A DNA stretch of 63,568 nt, counting the filler, from Octopus bimaculoides (lineage: Eukaryota), in NCBI RefSeq assembly GCF_001194135.2. It is 5 parts of 5 records of this genome, joined end to end, with 100 filler letters (N's around TTAATTAATTAA, not from the genome) between each part and the next. Parts side by side here need not be neighbours in the genome. Positions count along the whole stretch, not along the records: positions 61,135 to 63,568 come from NC_068996.1; 4 more parts are not named here. One strand, given 5' to 3'. The notes beneath the pieces were generated by a model, which was given only the letters and a program-made list of their open reading frames with translations, made no database searches and was not told where the DNA came from. Made by a program: the position numbers and the translations under genes. Shown here in pieces: positions 62,516 through 63,568 of this stretch (position 1 is its first letter; every line of letters starts with the position of its first letter).

Positions 62516-62888
62516 TTTCTTTTATTCTTTTACTTGTTTCAGTCATTTGACTGTGGCCATGCTGGAACACTGCCTTTAGTTGAGCAAATCAACCCCAGGA
62601 CTTATTCTTTGTAAGCCTAGTACTTATTCTATCGGTCTCTTTTGCTGAACCTGGGGATGTAAACACACTGGCATCAGTTGTCAAGCGATGTTGGGGGGAC
62701 AATCACGGGCACACAAACATATATACTCATACATATATAAACATATATACGAAGGGCTTCTTTCAGTTTCCGTCTACCAAATCCACTCACAAGGCTTTGG
62801 TCGGCCTGAGGCTATAGTAGAAGACACTTGCCCAAGGTGCCACGCAGTGGGACTGAACCCGGAACCATGTGGTTGGTAAGCAAGCTAC
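62516..62888 (-). mobile_element. SINE family A, near full length
   Basis: Reverse complement of 35427-35828. Confidence 0.93.
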
Positions 62889-63400
62889 ATTATTTCATTT
62901 TATTTGCCATAAAGGCAGTACACAGAGTAGCTACAGGCTGGACAACACATTAATGAATGAAAATGAAATGACATAAAATGAATAGATGAGAGACGAAACC
63001 CAATGCTCACCGATTGGGTTATTCTTGAAATCATATTTTCTTTTTTTTAAAATCAATATGAGGTTTCAAACCTCTTACAAAAAGGAGGCACTAAAACCTC
63101 TTACTTAACATGTTTTTTTTAAAAAAAACACAATTAAGGTTTTAAACCACTACAAATAATGAAATAAGATGCGGTTTCAATCCCTCTTAACGAGGCTCTT
63201 TCACCTCCTATTCATCGATATATCCATCAATATATCTATCATTATCTTCAGTGTGGCTTGAGTTCCTGTACTCCGCCATTCTCCATGCCTCATTCATGAG
63301 AAAGAGAAATGCATAGAAATATAAAACAAAACAGCACTTATAATGTGCACAATGAAAGTAATACATACATATATGTGAGTGTATATATATATATATATAT

Positions 63401-63563
63401 GATGGGCTCCTTTCAGTTTTCTGACTACGAAATTCACTCACAAGGCTTTGGTCAGCACAAGTGTGTAAGAGAGAGAGACACTTGCTCAAGGTGCTACACA
63501 GTGGGACTGAACCCAGGGCCATGTGGTCGGGAAGCATTCTTCTTACCATAGAGCCACACCTAT
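63401..63563 (-). mobile_element. SINE family A, diverged 5' half
   Basis: CACTTGCTCAAGGTGCTACACAGTGGGACTGAACCC. Confidence 0.8.
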
Positions 63564-63568
63564 ATATA

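Overview
AT-rich, gap-ridden eukaryotic non-coding DNA with extreme microsatellite density. The SINE, LINE and microsatellite make-up suggests an octopod cephalopod draft assembly (inference, not confirmed). No intact protein-coding gene or autonomous transposon is recognisable; most track ORFs are microsatellite translations or N-gap artefacts. Supported content: four tRNA-headed SINE families, non-LTR retrotransposon remnants (CR1-like RT, RTE-like C2H2 tail, and five or six R4/Dong-like pieces), two mariner copies, a Tc1 fragment, a maT-like element, a Helitron helicase fragment, two solo LTRs, several MITEs and two minimal hammerhead ribozyme motifs. Top observations: (1) a young 311-bp fold-back element with GG...CC ends and a perfect 9-bp TSD whose arms enclose (CCCTAA)n-spacer-(TTAGGG)n, plus a second GG...CC element with an 8-bp TSD and a TTAGGG core; (2) R4/Dong-like LINE copies repeatedly embedded in (CATA)n arrays; (3) Penelope-type hammerheads. 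A few + strand exon candidates hint that the window may lie inside a long-intron gene, but this is unproven. Boundaries of degenerate elements are approximate.
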